Shown in pieces: positions 51,888 to 64,000 of a DNA stretch of 64,000 bases; within the stretch, counting starts at the first letter, position 1; each line of letters starts with the position of its first letter. This DNA is from Adineta vaga (Eukaryota > Animalia > Rotifera), in the NCBI GenBank assembly GCA_021613535.1, contig CP075497.1, forward strand, positions 2,542,001 through 2,606,000, written 5' to 3'. Both the position numbers and the translations under genes were made by a program. The notes under the pieces were generated by a model that ran no database searches, was not told the origin of the DNA, and saw only the letters and a list, made by a program, of their open reading frames with translations.

Positions 51888-53343
51888 TTAAAAAACTTCG
51901 TCATAATCGATTTCACCATCTGAATCACCATAATAAGAATTTGTATATGATGGTGTAGATACAGCATGAGTGAAACTTGTATCAGTTGATGCCGTCGTTG
52001 GCAATCGTGTTCGATAACCTTCATCATCAGTTACCGGTGTTGAAGAGAAAATGTTAATATCTGGAGCAGAGCGATGATATATCAGCTGAGTATTCGATGT
52101 CGTGGAATCGAACTTCCCATTGTTGTTTGGCCGGATATTTTCATCATCGACTTCACTGTCTGAACCCAAATCGAATGAATTTATAGGTCGTTGTGAATAA
52201 ATAGGACTGATTAAATTTGTATTGGGTGATCTCACCATCGTTGGCATTCGTGATCGATAATCGTCATCATCGGTTATTCCTAATGAAGTATAAGTGCTGT
52301 TACGTAATCGAGACCAAAGATCCACATAATTTGTACCTGGCGGTGGTGAACCTGGTTCTACATCTGGTTTCCAATTATTAGTTTCAACACTAACTTCATT
52401 AATCAAACGTTCATTCATACGATCGAGATATGGATAAAATAATCGTCGAATATCAGCGATTGTATGACAATATTTATACATTTCATCAGCCCATTTCACA
52501 GCAGTTGAATGAGAAAATAAAGAATCTCGTTCAATATCCATATGAACATCAAGACGACCAAATAATTGTCTGAATGTATTTTCTCCTAACATAGCATCCA
52601 ACATAAGATTTGGAAGTACACGTGCTCCATTAATAAATGGAAAATATTGACCACCTATAATACAATCAATAGAATATTTCATAATATGATAAGAGAAAAT
52701 AAGTACATACCTGTTTTTTTAGCCAGTGCATAATAAAAAGCATCACATATTACACTTGGTTCGATGCCAAGTACTACTAATGTAATATTTTTCTTTGCCA
52801 ATTCATCAGCCATCTTCCAAAGATCAGGACTATCACAAGGACATTTGTTACTAAGCAAATTGCACGGTGACCCATCTGTAATCAAAATAACCATTTTTTC
52901 ATGATATCGATGGTTGCTGTTCTGCAATGAAAACGAAAAAAAGTTATATCTAGAATGAAAGCTAAAATCAATGACTCACGTCTGGGCGCCAACCGAGTGA
53001 TATAGATTGGTCAAGTGCATCAACTGAAATAAAAAATTTATGAAAATGAAGATTCTAAATTTTTCATACCAATTGCTTTCTTTTCATCTGAATTATCTCC
53101 TGTCAGTGGACCAATGGGAATCCATTGTTCAAACGTGTCGATTGATGATGTAAATGGGTGTGAGTGTGTACGCCATTGATCACAGTGTGATTGAAATTTA
53201 ATCATTGCCGTACGAACACTACTTCCATGAACATTTGTCATTTGTCGTAAAGTCGAAAGCATGCTTCTACGAATTGGCTCAAGATGGAATGACATCGATA
53301 ATGAGCAATCGAGACAGAACGCAATATCAATACTAGTAATCAT
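51888..53343 (-). CDS. vWA-domain protein, paralog B (DxSxS MIDAS) with Ser/Thr/Asp-rich tail
   Basis: IDIAFCLDCSLSM...HPFTSSI...DAL....LGWR|..KMVILITDGSPC...CPCDSPDLW...LAKKNITLVVLGIEP...LAKKTG|GQYFP. Confidence 0.8.
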
Positions 53344-54569
53344 TCTCAATGCTCACTAATTGCGATTGTCGAACTAGAAAACAAAAACAGCGTGAATTTG
53401 TAGATATATCTAGAATAATTACTTACATCGTGAAATATTTTATGTCTATCTCGTCGTTATCATCCGTTAGTATGACCAGTAAAACGATGTTCTCTCCTGC
53501 CTATTATATAGCGATTGACAGAGAAGACGAAGAAAAACAGTGAAGAAAAGAATGAATCACTCCCTTGATTCCAGTCGAAATTGTCTCTTTGAACGAGATG
53601 ATAGTTTACGCTTACGTTGTAATGTTATACAAGAAAAAAAACATTCAAAAGAAAAGATGAAATATCATAGATGAGAAAATTACACAAAAATGTATAACAA
53701 TAATTTTTGGAACATATAACTCCGCAATGATCACTGCCTGGATAATTACAAATAAAAGAAAAAGAAAGAGAGATGGTTTCTTTTGAATGTGTCACATACC
53801 ATTCGAATGATTCAGTTTTACGGTAAAAGAATATTAATGGTCGTCATCAGCTTGTCACGATCGAAATATGGAAAAGAAATTCAATGAATCATCAGTATAA
53901 CCATCGAGGAAGAGTGGGGAGAAATATTTATAAGACCATTTGTGAAATTACTTCATTTTGTTTCTCTATTGAAATCTAATTGATGTTCTCTTTTATCGTT
54001 ATGTATTGGTCATTGATTCTTGAACCATTGAAATGTATGTCAACAGATGTAAAAATTTACATTATTTTCATATAATAGTTGACTATTATTTAGAAACTTT
54101 TGTTGACTATAGCCCATTCTTTCCAGTTGTCATCTATTATTTTAGCAGGTTTATTATTTCAATATTTCACATGCAACATTTGACGAAAACTTTTATCAGT
54201 ACCTGTCAATAGTAAGAAAAGATTTGTCATTACAGTAAATGAAATGTGAACAATGATGACTATCGATTGTAGTAATTCTAATTCGACTATTTAAACAATT
54301 GATAGGAATATTATGCAAAAGTCGAAATTATCGATGTTGTGAGTGAAAAGAACAAATCAGTAAAGATGATTTCATTTGAGTATATGTGAATGATTGATTG
54401 CTTTGCAATGCCTTTCCTTTTTTATTCTATGAGTTAGTTCGTGAAAGAACAACAACATCTATGCATGTTTCGACATTATCATTGATAAAATTTTCATTAT
54501 AGAAAAAGGTCATTTTCTTCTTTCATTGTAGACAGTCGTGTATGATTTTGTACTTAACATACTTGGACG

Positions 54570-56066
54570 ATGAAAATACCTCGCTGTTCGACAATATTTG
54601 TTTCAATACTTGTCACTTTATTTGTTGTTGGTTCATGGCTAAATTTATCAGGTGTATGGATTGAATTTCCATTAATCGTCAATCAACTACCAGAAGGATG
54701 GGGTTTACCAGCACGAATGGGTTTGATTTCTAATTTAGCGAATATTGGTGTAGTAATTATTGCTTTTATTCGACGATTTTCACATGGTCGTGTTGCTTAT
54801 GAAGTTCCTGTGAATATATTTATACTTAGCACAGGAACTGTTGTTCTTATTATATTAGCTTTTGTTTGGCATAAAACAACAACATTCAATGGAAGTGAAC
54901 ATTCGACATATTTAATGGGATTTTCTTTAAGTTTATCATTAGTTGATTGTACATCAAGTGTTACATTCCTACCATATCTAGATCGTTATGAACCTATATA
55001 TCTGAATGCTTATTTTTTTGGTGAAGCATTCTCTAGTTTATTTCCAGCTTTACTTGGTATTGCGCAAGGTGTCGGACAAACATCATGCATGAGAGGTGTA
55101 AATGGAACTTTAGTAGAATATACATCTCCACCTCGATTTTCTGTTCGAGTTTATTTCTTAGCATTGGCCGTGATTATGTTAGCTTCATTACTTTCATTCA
55201 TTACTCTATGTTCAATACGAACAGGTCGACGAAAAGATAGCATTTCAATAGATTCTTCCAATATTAAGTTCGTATGAATTTGTTTTAATATAATTTAAAA
55301 TTTGATTGATTTTAGAAAAAATGTACCTGTTTTGGAATTGTCTACAATTGAGAAAAAGACAAGTGCTAATGTAGAAGTTGATAAATTTAATACGACAATA
55401 GTGAATGATTATTCATTAACCAATAGAGAATTTTGGCTTTCCAAACATGGATCATATTTATTTCTTTGTTTTTGGACTAGTATTCTCATCATCGGTAAGT
55501 TTTATTCTATAACTCAATTTTATTACACGTATGAATCATCTTTGTTCTATAGGTGCATCTCCAAGTCTCCAAAGTATACATTTTAGTTATCACATCTTTT
55601 TCAAAACTTATATTTCCTTTTAGGTTATTCTCTATATCCATATTCTATTGAAGTTTATCATCATACAATAGTAGCTTGTCAATTCGCTTATCCTCTTATG
55701 TCTCTTCTCGGAGTATTTGTTTCGCATCTTCGATCTCGATACATTTATCTTCTCAGTATTGTTGGTACTGGTCTTTTTGGATATACATTTATTGTTGCTA
55801 AACTTTCACCATGTTCACCATTAGTTGGTCGGCTTATTGGTCGAATTATGATTAGTGTATGTTGGGTATTAAAATATTGTGTTTTATACTTTATTCGTAT
55901 TTTACTTGGTAATTACTTTGGACGTAAATCTGGTCATCGTGGTTTATTTTGGTTTGGTGTTTTAACACAAATAGGTTCATTAATTGGTGCTCTCATTATT
56001 TATTTATTCACTGAACATCTACATTTATTTCATGAACGAAAAATATGTGTTTCTTATTCATGTTAA
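54570..56066 (+). CDS. SLC52A: Riboflavin transporter, SLC52 family
   Basis: GSWLNLSGVWIEFPLIVNQLPEGWGLP, ANIG, CTSSVTFLPY, FFGEAFSSLFP.LL.IAQGVG..C, PRFS, PSLQSYS.YPY (via a 21 nt exon 55553-55573), SPCSPLVG, GVLTQIGSLIGA. Confidence 0.92.
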
Positions 56067-56200
56067 AACGTCTTAGCGACATCTATTAATTTTGTGCATA
56101 GAAAATAAAACTTCATAAAGAAAAAAAAGAGGCAATTGTCTAAGAGATTCTTATAAATAATGTCGGAATAGAATTGTAAAATACTCGTTTAGTTTACTGC

Positions 56201-57738
56201 ATGATGGTGTCTGCTGAGAATAGTTCTCTTGAATATCTTCGTAATTTAGGTAATTTATCTAATTTGCATTGTTATTTATGGGAATCTTACTCTTTTTTGT
56301 AGTTAATTATGATATTAACTCAATTTTATATGATGATACATTGATTTGTTCATTACCAAATAATACAGAAGTTGGATCATTTGAAGTAAAAGTCACGAAA
56401 ACAAATTATGGTGATCTTCAAGATTGCATTCAAGTCGTTGCTAATAGGTTTAAGAAAATCGTTTTTTTCACATAAAGTAAATCAAAAATATGTTATGATT
56501 GATTTTTAGTCAAGCAACTATTGATAATGTTTTATGCGGTACAACAGTACGAGCAGTTGTAACAAAAGAACTTGTTACTGTTCAACAAGAACATACTGAA
56601 TATGTTAAAGTATGTCGATTAAAAGGAGAGAAATCAAGGAAACGACAAAATTGTTCTATTTAGTTACCAAATCCCATTACTCGAATCGTTGATTTTATTT
56701 CTGAATCAGCAGATTATGTGATTACAATAAATAATGAAGAAGGCAAAGTATGTTTATGATAATATATTTTCTATAGGATTGAATACATATTCTATATTAG
56801 AATAAAACAACAGAAACAAAACGTATATCAAAAGAACAAGCACATGGATTGATTTTGGAAGGTAGAAAATATCTTCTCTTTCATAAAGATCAATATATAT
56901 TTTCATTAGGTGCTAATCTTATTCTACAACGTTTAATGATTCAACGTAATATGCCAGAAAAAGTAACATTACTATCACTAGATTCATCTTCAGAAATCTG
57001 TCGTAATGTTTATGTAAATGAAAAATTCTTACTTTTCTCGACCTGTTTTAACATATTCTAAATTAGACATCTCTGGGTCCTCAACAAATGAATATCAATG
57101 GAAAAGATATCGAAGCATGGGGAATTCAAAGACAAATACTTGAAACGAAACCAAATGTATTACCAGTTGCATGGCAAAGTTATTTCAATATCGATGGGTA
57201 AGGATTTGATACTTCTGAAACTACCGATCTTACTTATAAATCAATAGACGTCTTATCTCAAGATATCAAGTGGGTTCACCTATCAAAATGAAAACACAAA
57301 TCTTACCTACAACTGATGAATTTGGTAAACACTTTTCGTTAACATTATTCTCATTATCTCGTTCTTTCATAGATGAATATCTACCTAAACCACAGATATC
57401 AAGAAAACAACTCATTTGGGAAGAAGATCTAGAATTACGTTCCAAATTTATTGATCGACGAGTAAACTATTCATCATCTCATCAGTCTCTTTACTTTTTG
57501 TTTTGCTCTCTAGGAAGAATTAATTGATGATTACAAATCATATATCTATCATCATCCAGATATCACTGCACTCGTTTCGGATTTTCTTCAATCAGTTTTA
57601 ATAATGAAACCTGAAAATGTCATTGAATATGCTACAGAATTTTTCGCTCCATTCAATTCTCAAACTGCTGATCGTGCTTTATTTCGTTTTGCTGATGAGA
57701 AAATTCCTGTACCAAAACCGAATTTATCATTACAATAA
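56201..57738 (+). CDS. CATIP: Ciliogenesis-associated TTC17-interacting protein with C-terminal RIIa/Dpy-30-like domain
   Basis: GLILEGANLILQRLM; WGIQR; WQSYF..DG|.L..R.QVGSP; LIWEEDLELRSKFIDRR|EELI..YI..HP...ALVSDFLQ.VL..KPENV..YA.EFF.PF. Confidence 0.85.
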
Positions 57739-58308
57739 ATATCTTTCTTAGCTGCTTTTTTTTCTGTTTTATTCGACTTTATACGAAAGAAAAGAAAAAA
57801 CACATCGAAAATAGACAACATCAATAAGAAAAAACAAACAAACAAACAAACACTGCGCGTACATTTACGCACCTATGCTTTTGAATATATGTATACAAAC
57901 AGGTTCATCTTTGTTTGGAATTCTTGTTCATATGCATTTCGCAATAATATGAATTAAGATGATACTGTTTGTATAAGAGAAACAGAGAAGAAAAACAAAA
58001 AAGAAGGCATGTACAAAATACACGGTTGAGTTTTTATGTACAAATACGCCGACAGATACGAAACGGAAAAGAAAACACAACTACTGTTCTAATTACAAAA
58101 AAAGAAACAAATTTTTTTTTCTTATTTTGTTGTATGGAATAGAAAGTGAGTGAGAGAACGACTAGCAGATACACACACACACACACGCACACAAATGATT
58201 CTCGAGTAAAGAAAAAACAAAAGATTTGTTCAACATACAAAATCACAACAAGGAAGCACCCGCTGCTGACTAGAAAACATACCAATGAATAAAAGAGATG
58301 GTTTATCA

Positions 58309-61300
58309 TTAGTTTATTTCATCAGATATAAAAATCATTGGATAATTGTCAATGATCGCTTGAATTAATGGTTTTGTTTTTTGACAAGTTTGTTCAGCTG
58401 TACGTAAATCTGGAAATTGTGGTTGAAAAAGATTTGGCCACCATAAAACAGCTAAATTCGATGAATCCATATGAGTCGAAGCAGCATGTTGTGAAACACT
58501 ACAAACATAACAAACACTCTCCTCTTTTTCAATCCATACAAAAAGCTTTTCTTTCTGCTTACAAATAAAGATGTTTAAAAATGAATTTGATTGTACGATA
58601 TTTAAGTTCACTTGAACGAATAAACACTTTTCGTAATGGAATAAAATCCTGTTCACGTAACTGATCGACTGAAAAGAAAAGAAAAGAAAAGAAAAGAAAA
58701 GAGGTTATATTATTGTGACTTTTTTCCTCGAAGAATCAATATACTTGTAAGATTTTGACATTCTTCAAATAGTTCTAAAGACAAAAGTGGTTCATCAAGT
58801 TTTCTCATCATGTCTTTTAATGCAGTTGCTACTGCACTAGCTGGCACTTGTAATAGACGAAGATCATACGATGGATCTAAAATGAAATCAATAACAAAAC
58901 TTTCGTTTTTCTTTTCATCGATTGACATGAATATTTTTACCCTCTGTAAGTTTATTGATAACTAATTCAACCTGATTTTTATATCCAGATATTCGATAAA
59001 GTCCTTCGATACCTAATCCATATTCTTCAATAAATTGAATGCATTTTTCCATGAATAATGGTACACCTGATTCAGGAGATTGTACACAGCGACTTAAAGA
59101 TATACGAGCTGGACTATGTTGATGAGAATTTTCTACAGATGTAAGAAGAGATGAAGTCGTATGTGGAGGAGTTGAAGTCATTGTTGCTTTGAATGAAGGA
59201 ATCGGTGGTGAAGAAACAGATGTAACTGTTGTAGCAGGAGAACGAGTTTTTAATTCATTTTTCTGTAGATAAAAAGAAAAAAAAATAGAATTGTCAATAT
59301 TTAAACATCAACAAACAAAACATAATCAAATGAGTTTTCACTCCAGGTTCCAGTTTATTAATGCACGCACTATCAATAGCGAGTGCAATGTTAAAATACT
59401 CGATACTATGTAGTTCAAAACAAAACCCTCGGAGAAACTAACTTCTTTCATTAGCAAAACTAAATCATCTAACTATCAAAGAGAAACATACATCACGTCG
59501 TGCTTGAGCAAAATATTGTAATTGACGACGAATCCAGTTAGCTGTTGGTCGTTCTTCTAACTCTTCGATGGATGTATTCTAATAAAGAGAATAACCGATA
59601 AACTTTGATTCATGGCTATTTTTTTTTCAATTCACTTACTTTACTATCTTTTGTATAATCACCAAGACTTGAATCATCTTCGTTCGATATAACAATATTC
59701 GATGAGGATGATGGCTCAGGAGCAATACTAACTTGACTTTTATCTTTCGAATCTAAACGAAAAGAAATTATTTCAATTAATCACGAACGATGTACTTTGT
59801 TTTCTTATAGATCTGAATTTTCATACCCATTCGAGAATCAATTCCTGAATCTGTTTGAGTTTGATCATAAATAGCTTTTTTCCGTCGTTTAAAACTTGGT
59901 CGCCGTTTCTTTTTCGGATATTGTTGTTGTTGTTGTTGTGAACGTTTATCTTCATCGGCTAAAACTTCATCATCAGATCCATCTGAATAGTAACAAAAAC
60001 AAATCAATATTAATTGAAATGAAAGAAGTTTTCTTTACTTTTCTTTAATACTTCAGTACTCGATGCTAAACCTGTTACATCATTTTGTTTAGCTCGAACA
60101 CGTTTTGATTTTCGATCAGATACTTTTCTTTGTAAAGTAACAACATTTTGTTGTTGACTATTTGTTGGTGAATGAATATTTTGTAATGTTGTCGACGATT
60201 CACGTTGAGTTTTTAAACGTTCGTCACTTGAACTATCCACTGATGAATCAGTTGCTAAAAAAAAGAACAATAAGTAAAAGAAACATGAATTTTAGAAAAA
60301 AAACATACCTCGTGTTTGTTTTGATGAGTCTGTAATCGATTCTTCGACTGCACTACTATGATTTTGATGTTGTTGATGGCTTGTAGGCGGTGATGATGAT
60401 GAAGAATTGACGGGATGTATATCATCTGTATTATTATTTTTTAAAACCAATGATGTATCAATACGTTGTTGAATAGAAAGCGGTGTTATTATTGATTCAT
60501 TAAATTCGATGATTTCTGGTGTAGCTAATGGTACTTTAACATGAGCAGCAGTTCGATGTTTATATAAATGAAATTTCATATCGTCTGTTGTTGGTAAACT
60601 TGATGGGATTTCGTTTATTCGTCTACGTACTGTTAATGACTAGAGACAAAGGAAAGAGAGAAAAAAGTCTATCTTTCATAAAAAGTATTCTCGAGAAAAT
60701 TTTCTTTCTATTCGACGTACGTTTTCATTGCTAGGTGATGATTGGTAGCTGCTTCCATCGGCTAAAACAATAACAGAAGAATACTTATTACGATTAGATT
60801 TCGATGAATATACCATAAAATAGACTTGCTGAAAGCGCGAGGAGCAATAGCTGTGGTAGCAATAGCGACTTGTCAACAGTCAAAGGAAAAGAGAAATGAA
60901 GAGGGGGTTGTTACTTTTTCTTTTCTTTTCGATAACGAATGTCTGTGTTTATTATGGATAATAGGACTTATTCTTTGATTTTACTGAAGGCGTTAACTTT
61001 TTTACATTAGAAATTTGTTTGTTGTTTTCCAAAATCTCAGACATAGGTAAGAGTAGAGTGTAGATAGGTGAATGAGAAACACATCGATTGACAAAAACAA
61101 GTGATTAAACAAATAAAGAAAGCACAAGCACAACGATTCAAATCTACTTTACCGTTAAATGTTAAATAATTAACTAGAATAAATGAAATTATCACAGATA
61201 GATAGATAGATAGATAGATAGATACATTCTCAACTAATAGTTGGCTCTTTTTTTATTTAGTTATTTTTATTAAATCACTACAAACTATACACTAAGATTA

Positions 61301-64000
61301 CTTTTAGTAAAGAGAGTGCTTACTCGGATGTTCAATCAATTTAGCAAATCGCATACTGGTCGATTTCTTAAATTGTCCATCTAATATTGAAGATGTTGAA
61401 ACGGATGATGGAGAAAGTAAACCAAGATTTGTTACAGATGGATCGACAGGTGTAGTTGGAACTATTGTTGAATCAGTACCATTACTCGATATTGATAAAT
61501 GAGGAAATGAACGATAAGAAAAAACTAATTTAAATTCGAAAAAAAAACGATTCGTTGTGTTTTTTTATTAATTCTTAAAATAATCGATTCTTTTACTTTG
61601 TTCATGATTTGTTGGTGTTAATAAAGAAGGTCGATGTTTCGGTGAATGTTCATTTGATCGACTTGATAAAATTAATGAACCGACACGATCCTCCTCATGA
61701 TTATTAATCAATTGTTTTCGTGTACGATCAAGACTACATGTCATTAAATCATTAGTTGATGAATGAGTTGTTCGACTATAATAGAAATAATTAATTTAAT
61801 TTAAAAAAAGAAACAGATCTATTATTTACTTGAAATATGATGTAACACCTGCAAGAAGATCTTTATTTTGTTCGTAATTAGTATCAGTTATATTTCCATT
61901 TTTACCATTCCAACATTGTTGAAGAAATGAAACAAGATGAGCTATAAAAATCAAATCATTGGAAATTTCAAGACTTATGAAAAGAAAATGTCTTTACAAT
62001 CGACAAAATTTCGAATTGTTCCACTATGACATTGAATACAATAATCAGCTTGAAGATATTTCTTTATATTTGAAAGGCCCGAATCTTTTATACAACATAG
62101 AACATAGATTGGTGGACGTGGAATGATTGTTCCATTGATTTCTTGATTTTCATCCGCTTTTTTGGATAAATCAGTAGGTAATGTTCTCGAAAGATGTTTT
62201 TCCAAGTATCTAAACGGAAAAATTTCATTTGAATTTTTCAATTTTATTCAATTTTTACGTCATTGTATTGACTGCGGCTTTTCGATCTCGATCATAGAAT
62301 AAAATAAATCCATCAAAATCAGCTAATTTCACAGAAAATAATGAATGGAATGAAACAGGAATGAATTCAATCTGAAAATAAAAGATGAAAATTCACTTTC
62401 TTTTATTTTTGATCAATTACTTGTCGATTAAGATGATCGAGAGATGTTGTTATGAGAAATGATGTATCTCCATATTGATTCGTAGTTATTAAAGAAAATC
62501 GAGATGATAATTGAGAAATAAAAATTTCAACATCATTCGTTTCTCCTCCACACATAAAACAAAGAAGAATTCGAAGATCTGTTTGTTTATTCTTTGAACA
62601 TTTTCCTTCAACGGATAAAAGTTCTTCAATTGATAATCGAACTTGATTCATTGGAATTTCATTCGAAATATTATTATCAGACCTACAAAATCAACAAAAT
62701 TCTCCTCAATCCAATTAAAAATTGACCACTTACTCATTAGATGTTTGACAATTTACTTTCACAATTGGCATATCTAAACAAAAACAACGTATTTCGTTTA
62801 TCATCAACGAAATAAGTTTTTAATTGATACATACTATCAATATTAAGAGAAATCTTTTTCTGAGAAATATAATCTTCTAAAATCTCACGACCATTGAATG
62901 ACACAATAAGACAACCTAAATAACATTTCATTGAATTCATTTTCTAATGAAAATCTAGTTAACTAACCATCAATGGATTGAGTTTTGACATTATCTAATG
63001 TCCATAAATTGATTGCCAATGTATTCACTAATGATAAATCGTTCTAGAAATAAAAATCAGACATAGACAACTATAAGGGATGAAAACGTAGATTGAATTT
63101 TGATAGTTTCTCTATGACCTTTACAAAATCGTTCATTAATAATAGTACGCCACCTTGAGACTCACTTATACAGATGACCGAACGATTCATAGGGTAAATA
63201 AGCTCATCCTTCGGCATGTATGAGAAAAGAATGATTTTAACTTTGTAAAACAAACATAATTAAAAACTAATCAATGATTTTTAGACTTTTCAAGAAAAGA
63301 AATAGGTTTTATAAAATTCTTACCGAAAGATTTCGTAGATAGTTATTCATATCATTTTCACTTCCACAAAGTAAAATATTCCTAAAAGAAAAAGAAAATT
63401 CTCATCATCTTTCAATTCAATGCAATATCTTACTTATTAAGAGATTTTTTTGATGGTAATCGTGAGAAAAATTCATTCAATATTCGTACATCGGCACATG
63501 TTTCTTCCATTGGACATCCAATTTCAAATTTTCTTTTACTTAAATTTTCATTATCATTCGTTGTATTCGATTGAATTTTTCTTGTATAGGGACAAAAATT
63601 ATCATCAATATTAAAATTATTATTGAATAACGATATTGATGAAGATTTTCGTCGTTTGAACGAACGTTTACGTTGTTTGATCAAACGATTTAAATTTCTT
63701 ATTAATGGATAATAAATACAATCGTATAAAAAATGACAATGACACATGATTAATCGATGACGATCAGTTTCTCGATTATTCAATGCTTTATATCTTAAAA
63801 ATACAATTGAATATAAGTGATTCAAATTATTTATTTCACTTACCGTGAATCATATTTTATTTGTTGAATTATTTCTTTTTCAAATATATCATCAATGGTC
63901 AATGTTGTGACATTTTTATCATTAATTCCTTGATTGGTTGTTGCTGAATTCATTTTATGAAATGTATCAATAAAAATTTCTAAGGATTCAAATAATAATT
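58309..64000 (-). CDS. p190RhoGAP-like (ARHGAP35/ARHGAP5 family); 5' part outside window
   Basis: RhoGAP domain VPLFMEKCIQFIEEYGLGIEGLYRISG...MDSSNLAVLWWPNLFQPQF. Upstream p190-like motifs RYKAL...R.RLI..H..F.Y...CP....CAD and DLRILLCFMCG, SFHS...DGFILFY (pseudo-GTPase region). Confidence 0.82.
58672..58701. repeat. (AAAAG)n microsatellite forming the polypyrimidine tract of a minus-strand intron
   Basis: About 6 tandem AAAAG units directly beside the CAG acceptor. Confidence 0.9.
61197..61224. repeat. (GATA)n microsatellite, intronic
   Basis: About 7 tandem GATA units. Confidence 0.9.

Overview
Eukaryotic, very AT-rich, gene-dense DNA with many ~50-65 bp GT-AG introns, so the supplied ORFs are mostly exon fragments. 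Composition, intron size and gene content suggest a bdelloid rotifer-like invertebrate (inference). Genes in order: a JmjC-like + 2xRRM protein (5' end outside the window), a claudin-superfamily protein, a YRFD-repeat neuropeptide precursor, DYNC2H1 (16 kb), a decayed/transposon-rich island (EGF-TM pseudogene, Merlin remnant, an RTE LINE with TSD, a tandem pair of small tail-anchored protein genes, an ABI pseudogene), TMEM183, Lhx3/4, a very compact co-oriented run RPS9 > ADCK2 > HUS1 > RPAP2 > TBC1D7, two vWA paralogs, SLC52 > CATIP, and a p190RhoGAP (5' end outside the window). The most striking structure is ADCK2-HUS1-RPAP2-TBC1D7. Stop-to-ATG gaps are only 36, 96 and 40 nt, and each holds a splice acceptor just before the next ATG, as expected for an SL trans-spliced operon. 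HUS1 also has a 3.5 kb intron hosting an antisense LRR gene. All identifications are by eye from recalled family motifs; no database searches were run.
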